Shown piece by piece: positions 61,605-64,000 of a DNA stretch of 64,000 nucleotides. The first letter of the stretch is position 1, and each line of letters begins with the position of its first letter. The position numbers were made by a program, and so were the translations under genes. The notes under the pieces are model-generated. The model was given only the letters and a program-made list of their open reading frames with translations, was not told the origin of the DNA and searched no databases. This stretch comes from Pseudogymnoascus verrucosus (taxonomy: Eukaryota). The DNA lies in the NCBI GenBank assembly GCA_001662655.1, contig KV460247.1; one strand, 5' to 3'.

Positions 61605-63467
61605 CTATAACTTTGACTTGGTCCTTTCTGCCAACATTCGAAGATCCTTCCTGAGGATCTTCCCCGAAGCAGTCTTGGGGATCTCGTCAATATAGAAAAC
61701 ACCTCCCCTGAGCCGTTTGTAGCTTGCAACGACGCTGTTGACAACTTCTTGGATTTGCTCCTTCGAAATCTTGGTCTGGTCAGCGACCACATAGGCCCTT
61801 GGTAATTCCGTTCCCTCTCCCTCCACTCCGATAACAGCAGCATCTAAGATGAGAGGATGCGCAAGTAGAATAGCTTCGAGCTCGGCTGGTGCAACTTGAA
61901 GACCTTTGTATTTGATGAGTTCCTGTGAACTGTCAGTCGTTGGCCAGGCAGAGTCGGGGATTACTCCTCACCTTCTTTCTGTCCACGATATAGAGCTTCT
62001 CGTCGCGCATGATACCAATATCACCCGTGCAGAACCAGTCACCATGAACAGATCCTGCAGTGGCCTCCGGATTGTTATAATAGCCCTTTGAGATCACAGG
62101 ACCCTTAATAAGAATCTCACCTGGCTTCCCAGCTGCGACGTCCTTGAAATCCTCATCGACGAGTCTGTACTTCCATTAGTATCCGGGGTAATGTAGCATA
62201 GTAGTGGTGTGCGCACCTTAATGAAATGTTTGGTAGCAATGTGCCAACGCTTCCAGTCTCGTCCTTTGGGCCCCAGAGATTGGAGCTGGCACTGCCCGTC
62301 GTTTCGCTCAGTCCCCATGTCTGGCTGATGAACGTCTTGCCCTTCCCAAGCTTCATGCTTGCAGCCCGTTGGGTCTCTGGGCCCAATGGAGCAGCACCGC
62401 TTTGAGCAAGCATCAGCGTGTCAAAGTGGTCTGTCACCACGGTCGACTTGGCTATCAAGAGGTAGATAGCTGGCACACTAAAGAGCATCGTGATGCGGAA
62501 CTTCTTTATGTTGTCTATGAACTGTTGGAAATCGAATTTTGACATCCAGTACACGAGACCTCCTGCGTAGAATGGGTTCACGAGATATCCCTGCAGCCCT
62601 GCGATGTGGGCAACAGGGAGATGGGCGAGAGTTCGGTATTCAAATGGGGGTGCACCAGCTGCCTCAGCCTTCTTCAAATGCTCCTTTGTCAGCTCACCGG
62701 GGAGGACTGCCTCGGATACCAGGTTCGTGTGGGAGAGGCATACACCTGTCAAAGGTTAGCTATCGACCGTTTTCTTCGACGCTCAAACGTACCCTTTGGT
62801 GGACCAGTCGTCCCAGACGAAAAGAGGAGGCATATTAAAGAGTTCTCGAGCTCCTTGGCGTCAGTGATCCTTCTCCAGTCCAGCTGCTGCTTCGAAATAT
62901 AATTGGTGCCAGTCGAGAGCGATCTGAGACTCCATTCCGGACTCGATTCCAGAATCAAGATCTTGGCATTAGACAACCCGCATTTCTCGGCGGCCTTGCA
63001 TGCAACCTCTCTTGTGTCGGCGGTGCACACGAGAAGGCTGACCGGACACTGGTCTATCTGCTTCGATAATTCGGTCACGGTGGCGGAAGTGCTGACGGCG
63101 GAGTAGACACCCTCGGCGGCGATCACACCATAGAATAGCATGGGCAGCAAGGACTGTCCGGAGCACATCACCATTACAACGTCCTTTCCAGGCCCGTTGG
63201 CTCCAATACCAAATCCATTGCGTAAACCATGAGCAATCTGCTTCGTAAAAACCCGTGCCTGTGATTTGTTTATGCTTCGTTCGGGGTTAGACGCTTCGGC
63301 GTGGAGCACAGAGTCCTCCTTGGCGCTGCTATTCTCGTGATCTATCAAAAACCGCACGTTAGCTTCCAAATCCGTGATTGCAAAAGTTCAGCACAGAAAT
63401 TACCAAAAAGTAGCGTCAGGACATCTACATTTGGCACTTGGATGGTCTTCGCGTTCTGGTATATCAT
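61605..63467 (-). CDS. 4-coumarate-CoA ligase-like acyl-CoA ligase with PTS1 (SKL), multi-exon
   Basis: FSSGTTGPPK|GVCLSH, QTWGLSETTG, FCTGDIG, ELIKYKGLQVAPAELE, PKTASGKILRK, ends KSKL*. Confidence 0.93.
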
Positions 63468-64000
63468 TTTCGGAGTCTCAGATCAAAACGTGGCGAACTG
63501 GGAGTGAATAGAAAAGCTATGGTAGGAGGACTTCCCTAGATGTATAAGCTGGGGAAATAAGGCTTTAACCGCAGGCATTCGAGTCAGCCTGGTCGATCTC
63601 CAATTGCCCATACCGAGCTTATATCTGTCAAGCGGCCTACATGACACTGGGGAAATGACCGGGTGGCGTATTATCCGGGGAGGTCGGCTCCTCATTCCCC
63701 ACTATTGCATATTTCGAGCTTAAATATGCACTGTCCGGCAAGATATTGCCGAAATAGGCAGGATTAACACTTGCCGCGGTTATAGAAAGACCTATCGTGG
63801 AGCTATACTGCTATGAAATTACTACATGTAGTTTACGGCAATATAATTATTCACAAGAAAGTAATAATATGATGACAATATGTCTTTCAATATTGTGTTT
63901 AAACTACTGCTACAAATGGTTTGTTCGCTTAGAACTGGAGCTTGAACTCCTCGTACACAGAGACACCAGTGTATTGAGGACCGCCATCAACACCACCAAC

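Noticed and set aside
1..64000. Intact transposon, viral insertion, rRNA or TPP riboswitch
   Set aside because: I saw no transposase, RT or integrase motifs, rRNA sequence or TPP aptamer core; degenerate copies cannot be excluded by eye.

Overview
Gene-dense, intron-containing genomic DNA from a filamentous ascomycete; a Leotiomycete such as Pseudogymnoascus is my inference from protein style and base composition. The left part (1-34 kb) is mostly housekeeping: PAN1 3' end, an intron-containing tRNA-Leu(AAG), INA17-like, YSY6/RAMP4, a SMAP-domain protein, AP-3 delta, EMC2, a Pro-rich/coiled-coil protein, COQ10, TRM140 hosting an intronic snR60-type C/D snoRNA, SWS2, cyclophilin B, IES1, SFK1, a YOR1-like ABCC transporter, a Tyr/Ser phosphatase, a HAD hydrolase and NSA2. 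The right part (35-64 kb) looks accessory/metabolic: DUF6594-like membrane protein, FAD monooxygenase, PTH11-like protein, DAL5-like MFS, the A-T-R-R NRPS-like reductase (ATRR), an alkenal reductase, a bZIP-DUF3425 factor, a small secreted protein, DUF3712, an MpaB/DUF2236 oxygenase and a peroxisomal acyl-CoA ligase. The most unexplained structure is an ~800-bp intergenic block (44.0-44.77 kb) packed with stem-loops, including a 57-bp tandem hairpin repeat, with G-U pairs biased to the + strand. All calls are by eye; no database searches or folding programs were run, and exon boundaries are manual predictions.
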